DNA from: Nitrospirales bacterium
GTDB taxonomy: Bacteria; Nitrospirota; Nitrospiria; Nitrospirales; UBA8639
Assembly (NCBI GenBank): GCA_965223295.1
Contig: CBDCWC010000002.1
Location: 224,001-288,000, forward strand
Length of the DNA: 64,000 nucleotides
Reading direction: 5' to 3'
Shown: positions 20,332 to 29,218 of the stretch, piece by piece
Layout of the letters: each line of letters opens with the position of its first letter
Position numbering within the stretch: the stretch's first letter is position 1
Program-made: the position numbers and the translations under genes
The notes under the pieces: model-generated
Told to the model about the DNA's origin: nothing
The model's database searches: none
What the model saw: the letters and a program-made list of their open reading frames with translations, nothing else

Positions 20332-20523
20332 TGGAGTGTTGAATAATGAAGATATCAAAGGCCATATTTCGCCAGGAAGCCCTTGGCGATCAACAACGTC
20401 GGGTCGGTTCCAAAAAGTCCATCCAGCAAGGCCGTAGTCATTTTTGCGCGCGGAGCGTACTGGCATTATGTGAGCACGGAATAAATGGCGAGAAGTCCGC
20501 TGGCGGGTTTTTTCAACAGACCC
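20332..20523 (+). mobile_element. Family A element, full length
   Basis: tggagtgttgaa...ttcaacagaccc; 5-bp duplication GAAAA. Confidence 0.93.
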
Positions 20524-20635
20524 GAAAATGGCATGGAGAAGTACGAGGTAGTCTTAGAGACGGGTCTGCGAAGAGAGACTTGGAAAGCAAGGACATCATT
20601 CTTAGGTGATGACCTTGCCCGCGACAACCAATGGG

Positions 20636-20917
20636 TTATGGCGTACGGCTGGTGATTTCAAGGAGGTGATAGCCGAACTGGGTTTTGACTGGTCCATGGA
20701 CTTTTCCGAGTTCGCCACTAAAGACTACTTCGTCAAATTCCTTCACCATTTGGCCTGGGCCGAACTCTCCCAGATCTCCACCTTGTTTGCCGGAAGGACA
20801 GGTCGAATGTTCTTTGGCTGCAGCGGCAAAATCTCCTCCGCCTTCAATTTCCGTTTTTAACTTGTTACAGGCTTCTTCGGTGGACACTAAAATGTGGCGT
20901 GCTCGTGCTTTGGACAT
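20636..20917 (-). CDS. ppiC: Parvulin-type peptidyl-prolyl isomerase
   Basis: ARHILV, HSTCPS, GGDLG, MVKEF, TQFGYH. Confidence 0.95.
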   Translation of the reverse strand: MSKARARHILVSTEEACNKLKTEIEGGGDFAAAAKEHSTCPSGKQGGDLGEFGPGQMVKEFDEVVFSGELGKVHGPVKTQFGYHLLEITSRTP

Positions 20918-21082
20918 GGATGTTCTCCTTTACGTCTCGAAAGATGGACCAGCGCCTTTTTCGCATGAATGGTCTCTTGAGGTCAAATTTTTCTCAAGCG
21001 CATTATTTTGTTTCAACTAAACGTTGGCTCTTCAGTCACGTTTGAGCTGGTTCGGGCTGAATGCTCTTGATGGGGTGACGGC

Positions 21083-21499
21083 CTAGTTCTTGGGATTCAT
21101 CGCCAAATAATCACAAATAAAATCAAAGACTAGTGCATCAACATTGTCGAAGATAGTTTTAACGCCGCCAGTTGTCACGACTCCTTGCTCCCATGTGCTA
21201 GCATGTCCTTTGGCGGAACGATGTACGAGGTTCACGAGTTGGTGGACTTCAAGGTCAATCCCGCAGGCATAACGTTTTGGTCCCAAGGGGATAGCCGCTA
21301 CATTAAGATAAAGATATGGCTCGCCGGGCAACTTCGCCGCTTCGAGCTTTTTGACTAGACGGATGCCTGCTGTCAACAGTTGCATCTCGATGCGTTTGCG
21401 TAAGGCCGTCCTTGTGATGACCCCCTTTAATTCCGGCCCGAGGTCTTCGATGACCACATAGATGCCGGGTATCCCGATGAGTGATTTTTTCCTCAGCAT
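21083..21499 (-). CDS. Hypothetical protein
   Basis: GGAG RBS, 138-aa ORF with protein-like composition. Confidence 0.7.
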   Translation of the reverse strand: MLRKKSLIGIPGIYVVIEDLGPELKGVITRTALRKRIEMQLLTAGIRLVKKLEAAKLPGEPYLYLNVAAIPLGPKRYACGIDLEVHQLVNLVHRSAKGHASTWEQGVVTTGGVKTIFDNVDALVFDFICDYLAMNPKN

Positions 21500-21685
21500 A
21501 CAATCATTGGTCTCCTTCTATTTGGTGAGTACTCACATCCAATTTTCTGTAGGGTCAGGAATTACTGTCAAATTCTCTAGCCGATGGCTTGAAAACTTGA
21601 TCCCAGATAATGGCGCAATTTTGGAAGGTTTACGGCTATTTGTCAATTTAAACCAGAGCTTGAAGGTGGCGCTTATCGTGGTGTG

Positions 21686-23050
21686 TCATGAGTTCGGAAA
21701 ACAGCGGGCAAAGGCCTGGAGAAATTTCAGTGAACCTTTGATTCGAATTTTCCCTGTGAACAAGGCCCATAGCAAATTGCGTTCTTTCGCTAAAAATTTT
21801 AGCCAGGTTTGGCTGTCGGCTGTCAGGCGGAGGTTGGCTTCTTTCTGGAGTCCTTTCAAAGCTGTTAAGGTCTGATTCTGAATGATAATGGTTGCTTCTT
21901 CCGTCTCTTGCCCAACAAAACAGAAATGATAAACCGCATCGAGTCCTTTGGATTTTTCTCGTTGAAATACCAAAGGTAAGCCATCAAGAAAACCTTGAAT
22001 GGAACGCGGCCGCAAGCTGTTGCTGACATGTTTGATAGGTTTGTGCGGATAGCGTTGTTTTCCATAAATCTCTGCATCCGAGCCAGGAAGGACGTACAAG
22101 ACTTCTTTCTTGCGCTGCAACGGTTTGACGAGGTCTCTCACAAACTTCTTTCGATTTATGGAAAATGGCTGAATGACATCATCGCCAGCCGGACAAACGG
22201 CCATACAGTAGGCAGCCTTGTAATTAGCCCCAAACGAAAGACTTTGCCACATCGAGGCTGATTCTGCGTCGGGCACCTTCTGGCGATATTTTTTCGCTGA
22301 TCGGCTGTCGGCAATATTCCCCACCCAGTCGGTAAACCCACCCATAAATTCTCGATAATTATGGGTGTAGCAGGCTGAAAAATTAAAATATCCGCTAGAA
22401 CTTATCGCGCCCACAGGGCAGGCGGCCACACACAACTTACATTCCATGCAAGGGTTATAGTTAATGGGCGTGCTCGTGCTGGACACTTCGGTATCTATTA
22501 AAACGGTCCCCAGTAAAATAAAATTTCCAAATTTGGGATGAATGACATTACGATGAATACCCATCTGTCCTAGTCCAGCAGCCACAGCCACGGTTTTATG
22601 TGAGACCACCCAAATCTTTCCTGGAAAACGATCTATCTCCATCGGAAAGCCCATTGCGGGATTGAGTGCACGAATGCCTCGGATTTCAAGCTGCTGCACA
22701 ATACTTCGAGCCACTTCATTGACGTACTCTCCGGTATGATGAAATTCAAGGTTCGCGACTGAACGTTGAGGGCTTCGGATGGGCTCACGATTCATGCGAA
22801 CGACAAAACTAATGAGAGTTTTTGTGTGAGGAAAAGTTGCAAGAACATCCTCTCGGTCGTTCTCGAGAGCAGGTTGATTAATTGTGACGAATCCTACATC
22901 GTCAGCTCCACTTGCGACGCACAACTGGCGAAGCCAGTTTGAATCGAGCTTTGAAGGTATTTCATCTGTGAGATGCACCTGTGCAGGATCTGTCTGAGAA
23001 ACAATAGAAACATTTGTAGCAATTGGAAGTTCGTTGGTGCGTGGCATCAT
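21686..23050 (-). CDS. QueG/reductive-dehalogenase-like 4Fe-4S protein with C-terminal SCP2 domain
   Basis: GADDVGF, SHKTVAVAAGLG, CMECKLCVAACP, CMAVCP; SCP2-like C-terminus. Confidence 0.85.
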   Translation of the reverse strand: MMPRTNELPIATNVSIVSQTDPAQVHLTDEIPSKLDSNWLRQLCVASGADDVGFVTINQPALENDREDVLATFPHTKTLISFVVRMNREPIRSPQRSVANLEFHHTGEYVNEVARSIVQQLEIRGIRALNPAMGFPMEIDRFPGKIWVVSHKTVAVAAGLGQMGIHRNVIHPKFGNFILLGTVLIDTEVSSTSTPINYNPCMECKLCVAACPVGAISSSGYFNFSACYTHNYREFMGGFTDWVGNIADSRSAKKYRQKVPDAESASMWQSLSFGANYKAAYCMAVCPAGDDVIQPFSINRKKFVRDLVKPLQRKKEVLYVLPGSDAEIYGKQRYPHKPIKHVSNSLRPRSIQGFLDGLPLVFQREKSKGLDAVYHFCFVGQETEEATIIIQNQTLTALKGLQKEANLRLTADSQTWLKFLAKERNLLWALFTGKIRIKGSLKFLQAFARCFPNS

Positions 23051-23061
23051 GCCCTCATTTA

Positions 23062-23077
23062 AAGTGTATATACACTT
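23062..23077. promoter_or_regulatory. Perfect palindrome, probable MarR operator
   Basis: aagtgtatatacactt just upstream of the 23050 start; related site agagcatatacacat at 23553-23567 upstream of marR. Confidence 0.7.
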
Positions 23078-23089
23078 AATTAGAAAAAA

Positions 23090-23548
23090 CTATTCAACTA
23101 GCGTTAGTTCCTGAGTGTAAGAAAGGTCCTTCATAAGCCTCTCGACGCGATGGTGCCCAAGATCGTTCATGACATATTGTTGAACGGCTTTCCACAGGGG
23201 GAGTGCTTCAGAAAGGACCTTCTGGCCTGCCAAAGTTAACGTCACTTCCCGCTCTCGTCGATCTTCTTTCCCCGGGATAATTCGTATAAATCCTTGCTTT
23301 TCCAATGGTTTTATATTCCTTGAAAGAGTTGTTCGGTCCATAACCAAGCTTTTGGCCAAACTGTTGATTGTAGCGGTTCCCATGATGCGGGTGGCGACTA
23401 ACAGGCTGAATTGTGTGGCGCGAAGTCTGGTTGGTCGGAGCGCCTCTTCATAAAGTTGGGTAATCACTCGTGCGGACTTGCGAATATTGAAACAGATGCA
23501 CTCTTGAGCCGGTTCAAGATATTGAGTGAATTGTGTCCGTTTAGACAT
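23090..23548 (-). CDS. MarR-family transcriptional regulator
   Basis: CICFNIRKSARVITQLY...QFSLL...MDRTTLSRN...DRR. Confidence 0.95.
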   Translation of the reverse strand: MSKRTQFTQYLEPAQECICFNIRKSARVITQLYEEALRPTRLRATQFSLLVATRIMGTATINSLAKSLVMDRTTLSRNIKPLEKQGFIRIIPGKEDRREREVTLTLAGQKVLSEALPLWKAVQQYVMNDLGHHRVERLMKDLSYTQELTLVE

Positions 23549-23654
23549 AATAAGAGCATATACACATAAATTTTCTCTGTCAAGATTTCTCTGAAAAGAA
23601 AATGTGAAGAAGCTATCTTGTATGAAGATGGAAGTCTGTAACGTCGAATGTTTT

Positions 23655-24467
23655 TTACAGAATTAGATCTTTCGTTTTCTTTTCAGGAAAGCCAAGTTCT
23701 TGAGCGAGTTGGTGGAGATCGTTGATGCGTTGTTGGAGTTGGGGATGGCTGTCAAAATAGTGTGCGAGTTCAAAGTCAGAATTTCCTTCCTGAGATTTAA
23801 GGCTTTCAAATAATTCTGTGGCGCCGCCGACATGTCCAAAGTGGCATTGGAGAGCCTGCAGGGCCGTCCGGTCAGCTTGGCTTTCGCGGGTTTGAGAATA
23901 TTTAGCGGTTCGTAGGTTAATTGTCGAGGCCAGGATATCGGAAAATCCTGAATCTCCTCCAAATGCCAACATGGCGAGGATACTGAGGACAATGCCTCTT
24001 CCCAATAATCGCAAGTGGTCACGGTTTTGAAAATGGCCTAACTCATGGGCCAAAACAAACATCAGGCCATTGGTGGACGAGACGGCATCTAGAAGGCCGG
24101 AAAAGATGAGCATTTTTCCACCTGGGACGGCCATAGCATTGACCAGATCTGATTTCACGAGGCTGACGGTAATGGGGTAGGGAAGGGACAGACAAGGGTG
24201 AAAGGCATCGACAAAGCCTTGAAGTTGAGCCTGCTCTTTGGGCATCGACTCATCCCCAAAGTCCCAATCAATGTTGATTTTCGAATGGAGTTGAGCTTCT
24301 TGCTCTGGGGAGAGATAATTCACCGCGATATCGACCGCGAACCCTAGAGCCCAGTATCCGAGGAGGACGACAAGCACCCCGCCAGCTATGAGCAAGAAAA
24401 ACTCTCGCACGGGTTGTTGGTGCGAGACATTGTCGTTGTGTTCAGGAAGAGAGGGTTGGTATTTCAC
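23655..24467 (-). CDS. M48 family metallopeptidase
   Basis: NAMAVPGG, HELGH, ESQAD, SHP. Confidence 0.92.
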   Translation of the reverse strand: MKYQPSLPEHNDNVSHQQPVREFFLLIAGGVLVVLLGYWALGFAVDIAVNYLSPEQEAQLHSKINIDWDFGDESMPKEQAQLQGFVDAFHPCLSLPYPITVSLVKSDLVNAMAVPGGKMLIFSGLLDAVSSTNGLMFVLAHELGHFQNRDHLRLLGRGIVLSILAMLAFGGDSGFSDILASTINLRTAKYSQTRESQADRTALQALQCHFGHVGGATELFESLKSQEGNSDFELAHYFDSHPQLQQRINDLHQLAQELGFPEKKTKDLIL

Positions 24468-24931
24468 AAAGAAGGATTGTGGGGCGATCGTTGAAAAGAA
24501 ATCGCAGTGCCGTAGGCCAAGACTTCGACCGAGCCAATCCGGTCACCACTCCCTTTATAAATGGACGACGTTTCAATACGGAGATTGAGGATTTGATCGG
24601 CAGTGGGGCAACTTTCTTTCATACGGAGAATCGCTTCGCGTCGGGCTCGATCAAGCAGAGTTTCGTAGGCTTGAACGGTTCCGCCAAACAAATTTCGTAA
24701 TCCGGCCAGAATTTGCTTGAAGTAATCTACCGAAATCACGACGTGGCCGTGAACTAATTCGGCATGGTGAATAGGAGAATCATTCCCGACGGGTTTTTTG
24801 CTTGAGACGGTGGGTAATCTGACCAGAGCCTGCTCTCTGGCCCGAATGGATCGGTAATGGCGGCTCTCGGCCATTTTTCCAAACACATAGCCCAGCGAGA
24901 GTAGGATGAGAAAAAAGATCAGGTTTTCCAT
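24464..24931 (-). CDS. YbjQ-family protein with N-terminal TM
   Basis: GLRNLFGG...LLDRARREA...AYGTA. Confidence 0.88.
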   Translation of the reverse strand: MENLIFFLILLSLGYVFGKMAESRHYRSIRAREQALVRLPTVSSKKPVGNDSPIHHAELVHGHVVISVDYFKQILAGLRNLFGGTVQAYETLLDRARREAILRMKESCPTADQILNLRIETSSIYKGSGDRIGSVEVLAYGTAISFQRSPHNPSL

Positions 24932-24936
24932 GTTTC

Positions 24937-25251
24937 TTATTCCACGGTTACGGCGGTGCCGTAGACATAAATTTCAGCGGCTCCTGCTGCCACAGATGAG
25001 GTTGAAAAACGGACATTGACAATAGCATTGGCGCCTAATTGTTGAGCTTGGGCTTTCATCCGATCCAAGGCCTCATCTCGAGATTCACCGAGCAGTTCGG
25101 TATAGCCTTTCAGTTCTCCCCCAAATATATTTTTAATGCTAGCGAAAATATCACGGCCAACATGTTTGGCTCGAACCGTACTGCCTGACACAATGCCATA
25201 GCAGGTGGTAATCGTTTTGCCTGGTATTTCTTCAATATTGCTGACGAACAT
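24937..25251 (-). CDS. YbjQ (UPF0145) family protein
   Basis: GRDIFASIKNIFGGELKGY...GANA...YGTAV. Confidence 0.93.
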   Translation of the reverse strand: MFVSNIEEIPGKTITTCYGIVSGSTVRAKHVGRDIFASIKNIFGGELKGYTELLGESRDEALDRMKAQAQQLGANAIVNVRFSTSSVAAGAAEIYVYGTAVTVE

Positions 25252-25546
25252 GGCTCCTCCTTACCTGATAGCCCAGCACCAAGAAAAAGACTGAGAATCC
25301 AATGCCTACTAGTATATCAGTCTTTGAAAAATGTTTCCCCATACCGACATATATCGGAAAACACAATGTCAGACTAGAGTGATCGGGTTTTGAAAATATA
25401 TGTTCAAGAGGCAGCAGTGGATAAATCGACTTTCAGGATGTTGGACTCTGGCCCCAGAGAATCCATACTATAGCGGTAACATTATGAAAAAGAGAGGCCT
25501 ATTTCATCGCGATGGGCAAGAGAGGTAACCGCTTTCCTAGGAGGTT

Positions 25547-25942
25547 GTGATGTTTGGACCTATTACGATTCCTTTTGGAACGAAAATGTTGTTCAACACG
25601 GTGAAACTAAAGCCCGGTGTCGAGTTTGATCAGTTAGAAATGGCGGTGGGAGAAATGTGTATGGTGGTCAAGCAGACGTACGGCGGAGACAAAGGCGGGT
25701 TTATCGCTGGACAAGTGTTTAAATTCTCGGGATTTGTCTCCCTTGAAGGCTCAATGAATCCCGCACAGACTGCGGACGAACATTACGTCATTGTTACCTA
25801 TTGGAAATCATTCAAGGATCACGAACGCTCTCATGCCGACGAGGTATTTCATAAGACGTTTTCCGCAGTCGCTGAAATGTGCACGGATACGATGGAATTG
25901 GGCTATGACATGCTCTGGCAAGGCGAGGCCAAGGCTTCTTAA
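25547..25942 (+). CDS. Conserved hypothetical protein, probable dimeric alpha/beta-barrel (ABM-like)
   Basis: GGAGG RBS; VIVTYWKSFKDHERSH resembles the ABM W-x-S motif. Confidence 0.7.
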   Translation: MMFGPITIPFGTKMLFNTVKLKPGVEFDQLEMAVGEMCMVVKQTYGGDKGGFIAGQVFKFSGFVSLEGSMNPAQTADEHYVIVTYWKSFKDHERSHADEVFHKTFSAVAEMCTDTMELGYDMLWQGEAKAS

Positions 25943-25970
25943 GCCGTAGGTTGAAAAAAGCGTATCTTTT

Positions 25971-26459
25971 TTATTTGTTGCCACAGCATTTTTTATATTT
26001 TTTGCCGCTGCCGCAGGGGCAGGGGGCATTGCGGCCCACTTTAGGTTGGCTGCGCACGACGGGTGTCTTTGTCGGATCACTCGCATCTACGAAGTACCAT
26101 TTCCCGTTTTCTTTGCGAAAGAGGCTTCGTTCATGGTGCTCTTGAATCCCCTCGTCGGTTTCAAATTTGGCTGTAAAGGTGACGCTGCCAACTTCATCTT
26201 CCGCACCACCTTGTTGGGTTTCTAAAATTTCCAAGCCTGTCCACTTGGTAGATTCGGCCCATTTTCGATTGGCCTCCATGTCGGTTTGGTCACGCGTTTT
26301 GGGATCGTGGGTCTTTTCAATATAGTCCATTTCCACTTGGGTATAGGCCGTGTATCTGGAACGCATCAGTTGCTCGGCCGTCTCCGCTTCTTTCGCGCCA
26401 CTGATAAATGGTTCGCAGCATTTACTATAGGTTTCCCCACTTTCACACGGACATCGCAT
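25971..26459 (-). CDS. ychJ: YchJ-family protein with SEC-C motifs
   Basis: CPCESG...[36 protein letters not shown]. Confidence 0.93.
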   Translation of the reverse strand: MRCPCESGETYSKCCEPFISGAKEAETAEQLMRSRYTAYTQVEMDYIEKTHDPKTRDQTDMEANRKWAESTKWTGLEILETQQGGAEDEVGSVTFTAKFETDEGIQEHHERSLFRKENGKWYFVDASDPTKTPVVRSQPKVGRNAPCPCGSGKKYKKCCGNK

Positions 26460-26540
26460 GTTGACTCCTCTGAGGTAATTGGGATGATGTTGTGTTTTTT
26501 TACGTTGTCTGTGCTGAAAAAGTCAAAACCCTTGTGAATA

Positions 26541-26612
26541 GGGGTCAGACTCGAATTAAATTTTCGCGTAGTCAATGATCGCCCATGTTAAATTTAATTC
26601 GAGTCTGACTCC
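26541..26612. repeat. REP doublet / long inverted repeat
   Basis: 23-bp arms ggggtcagactcgaattaaattt / aaatttaattcgagtctgactcc with one mismatch and a 26-bp spacer. Confidence 0.8.
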
Positions 26613-26685
26613 TTATTGCAGGGTTGTTGTATCTCCTCAAATTGCCATGGGCTGTCTTTACAGCCAGAGAGGAGAAGAGGAAACA

Positions 26686-27042
26686 CTAATTGTCGCCTGT
26701 GTATACTTTTGAAGGATTATGTGGTCCAGATTCTGTTTCTGCATAAAATTTTCTACCCGTTGCATCAATTATTAGCAACCCATCACCCAAGCCCATGTGT
26801 TTTTCAGCTAGTGCCCAGGTTGTTTCTTCAAGTTTATTCCCTGATAGCCTCAAGCATTGGTCTTCAGGTTGGTAGGTTATAGATCCTCCGGTATATTTTG
26901 AACTGAAGATTTTCTCGATTTCGTGACAAATTCGAGCATGGAGATCTCCGGGTTTCTTTTTCGCTTCATGCATGAATCTTTCTCGAAAGTGTTTTTCTAC
27001 GAATTGTTTTGTGAAATCTCTTATTATCTGGTTTTTATCCAT
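26686..27042 (-). CDS. Hypothetical protein, AT-rich
   Basis: 118-aa ORF with protein-like composition. Confidence 0.7.
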   Translation of the reverse strand: MDKNQIIRDFTKQFVEKHFRERFMHEAKKKPGDLHARICHEIEKIFSSKYTGGSITYQPEDQCLRLSGNKLEETTWALAEKHMGLGDGLLIIDATGRKFYAETESGPHNPSKVYTGDN

Positions 27043-27289
27043 AACGCTTAACCATACTTAAGCTATTTATGAAGTTTTAAGGATTTTCTCAATCGAAAAA
27101 TACCATGTTTTAAACCAGATTCTGGGCAGAGTATAAGCCAACGGAGGCCACCAGTGAGAGCAGTGGCAGCGGAGAGGCTGAGGGTGACGGGCCAACCGTG
27201 ACGGGTCATGATAAGGGACGCGTTTGGGGGAGGATAGAGTATCCCCATTCATGAGAATTTCTCTTTGCCTTACGGTTGCTAAAAAAATG

Positions 27290-27559
27290 TTACGTATTGT
27301 TTTTTGCTTTGAGGGGAAATTGGGTAGGGTGTTTGATGCTCTCAATTCCCAAGTCTATGTCCAAGTCTGGCCAATAGTAATGGCCTGGTGTAGGTTCTTC
27401 TACATTTAAAATTTTCCCGACTGGGGCTTCTTTAAACCATGGGAAATCCTGGTATGAAAGGAAGAGTTCTTCTTCATTCGTGAATAACCATAATCCATGA
27501 GAGGAAATATTTGTGACTTCAAGTTCTGAAGTGGTTTTTCCAGGCGTTGACGAACTCAT
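27290..27559 (-). CDS. DUF2442 family protein (toxin-antitoxin partner)
   Basis: EVTNISSHGLWL...FPWF...YYWPDLDIDL. Confidence 0.9.
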   Translation of the reverse strand: MSSSTPGKTTSELEVTNISSHGLWLFTNEEELFLSYQDFPWFKEAPVGKILNVEEPTPGHYYWPDLDIDLGIESIKHPTQFPLKAKNNT

Positions 27560-27757
27560 GGTGGTGCTCCTTTATCAGTTGCTCAATTTCTCGAAGATGC
27601 GAACCTGATAATGAATAATTGTGGGCCAATTGAATTTCAGGTTCAAGCCAAAACTTTGCTTCCCCATCTCCGCAATGTACGTGAATGTCATTCGTTCTTC
27701 TTCGCGAGAAAAGAAGAAAAAGCGAAACCCTCGAATTTTGAGTACTGTTGGACTCAT
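27519..27757 (-). pseudogene. DUF4160 family protein, frameshifted by a 1-bp deletion near 27688
   Basis: MSPTVLKIRGFRFFFFSREEERM; one added base restores HIHVHCGDGEAKFWLEPEIQLAHNY...AWKNHF. Confidence 0.88.
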
Positions 27758-27827
27758 CAAGTTAGTGTAGCATGGGTTATCGGAATTTTCTTTTGGATCT
27801 GAAGGAAATAAGCTTCAAGTTTCTGTC

Positions 27828-29177
27828 TCAGGTTTTTATTCCCTGACCTGGGCGGATCATGAACCAGCAGAGGCTGCCGATAAGAGCGATGCCTGCGGCG
27901 AGGCCGAGAGCGACGGGCCAGCCATAGGTGTCGGCGATCCAGGGCGTTAACGTTGGGGAAAGTGTTCCACCTAAATTGGCTCCGGTGTTCATGAGACCGG
28001 AGAGTGTGCCGGCGTGGGGTTTCGAAAGATCAGTCGTTGAGGACCAAAAGGGGCCGACGGTGAAGTAGAGCCACCCTGCTCCTAGGGATAAGAACCCGAT
28101 GGCGACATAAGGCGACTCCACGTTTGCGCCAATGATAATGAATAATGCGGCTAGGATCATACCCGTTCCGCCAACGCTGGCTCGTCCCCAATTGATGCCG
28201 TATTTTTCCGTGAGCCGGTCAGTGACCCAGCCGCCCACTGGGCAAAAAATCGTCATGGCGATAAATGGAGCGGAAGCAAAGAAGGCGCCTTGCAGGATGG
28301 CGAATCCTCTGATGTTAACTAGATACAAGTAGAACCAGGACATGTAGATGTAGGCGACGTAGCCCAGGCAGGTATAGCTGAGGACGAGCCACCAGACAGT
28401 TGGTGTAGTGAGAATGGCTTTCCAGTGGACGGCAATTTCATGAGGCTTCCCCCCTTCATCCTGGCCCTCCCCCCTCTGGGGGAGAGGGGATATTGGGGGA
28501 TCACAAGACTTTCCTTCAATGATCGCGGCTTCGGCGTCATTAACGTGTCGATGTTGTCGCGGAAAGTCCGTGGCATACCAGTACCATAGAAGTGCGATGC
28601 CGATGCCCAGAAGACCGGCAGCATAAAATGCTGTTTGCCAGCCATAATTCACCATGATCCATGCGGTGACGGGTGGTGTGAGCGCAGAGCCAATGCCGAT
28701 GCCGCCGATGGTGATGCCGATACCTAGTCCACGCTCTTGCGGTGGATGCCAGTTGGCGACTGATCGATTGAAGTTGGGGAGGGCGGCGGCTTCACCAACC
28801 CCAATGAGGAATCGTATGACGATGAGCGACCCCATGACGCCAATGAAATTGACAAGAGGGAGAGTTGGTGCAAGAGCTGTCAGTGCAGTGAAAACAGACC
28901 ACCAGATAATCGCGAAGGTCAAAATCCGGTGTGGTCCCCAGCGGTCACCCATCCACCCGCCGGGTACTTGAAAAAGCGCATAACCAAAAACAAATGCCGA
29001 AAAAATCCATCCCATTTGAAGATCGCTGAGTTCTAACGCCGGCATCATGTGGCGGGCCGTGATGGAAATGTTGACGCGATCAATATAGGTGACGATGCTG
29101 ATGAGGAGCAGGAGAAAGAGAATTCTCCACCGAACGCGGGTTGGTTGCGGCGAAAGAATTGATGGAGGTACGTACAT
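27828..29177 (-). CDS. MFS transporter (ACS / glucarate-type)
   Basis: YIDRVNIS, GWMGDRWGPH motif A, RFLIGVGEA, multiple TM helices. Confidence 0.93.
   Translation of the reverse strand: MYVPPSILSPQPTRVRWRILFLLLLISIVTYIDRVNISITARHMMPALELSDLQMGWIFSAFVFGYALFQVPGGWMGDRWGPHRILTFAIIWWSVFTALTALAPTLPLVNFIGVMGSLIVIRFLIGVGEAAALPNFNRSVANWHPPQERGLGIGITIGGIGIGSALTPPVTAWIMVNYGWQTAFYAAGLLGIGIALLWYWYATDFPRQHRHVNDAEAAIIEGKSCDPPISPLPQRGEGQDEGGKPHEIAVHWKAILTTPTVWWLVLSYTCLGYVAYIYMSWFYLYLVNIRGFAILQGAFFASAPFIAMTIFCPVGGWVTDRLTEKYGINWGRASVGGTGMILAALFIIIGANVESPYVAIGFLSLGAGWLYFTVGPFWSSTTDLSKPHAGTLSGLMNTGANLGGTLSPTLTPWIADTYGWPVALGLAAGIALIGSLCWFMIRPGQGIKT
28449..28500. repeat. REP-like palindrome in frame within the MFS central loop
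   Basis: ccccttcatcctggccctcccccctctgggggagaggg encodes SPLPQRGEGQDEGG on the minus strand. Confidence 0.75.
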
Positions 29178-29218
29178 GGATAAAGGAAGGAAGATAAGGT
29201 TTTGAACTCCGGGGAACT

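Noticed and set aside
18379-20523. Composite transposon carrying pepM between two family A copies
   Set aside because: Each copy has its own 5-bp duplication (GGAAG, GAAAA) and the outer flanks do not match, indicating independent insertions.
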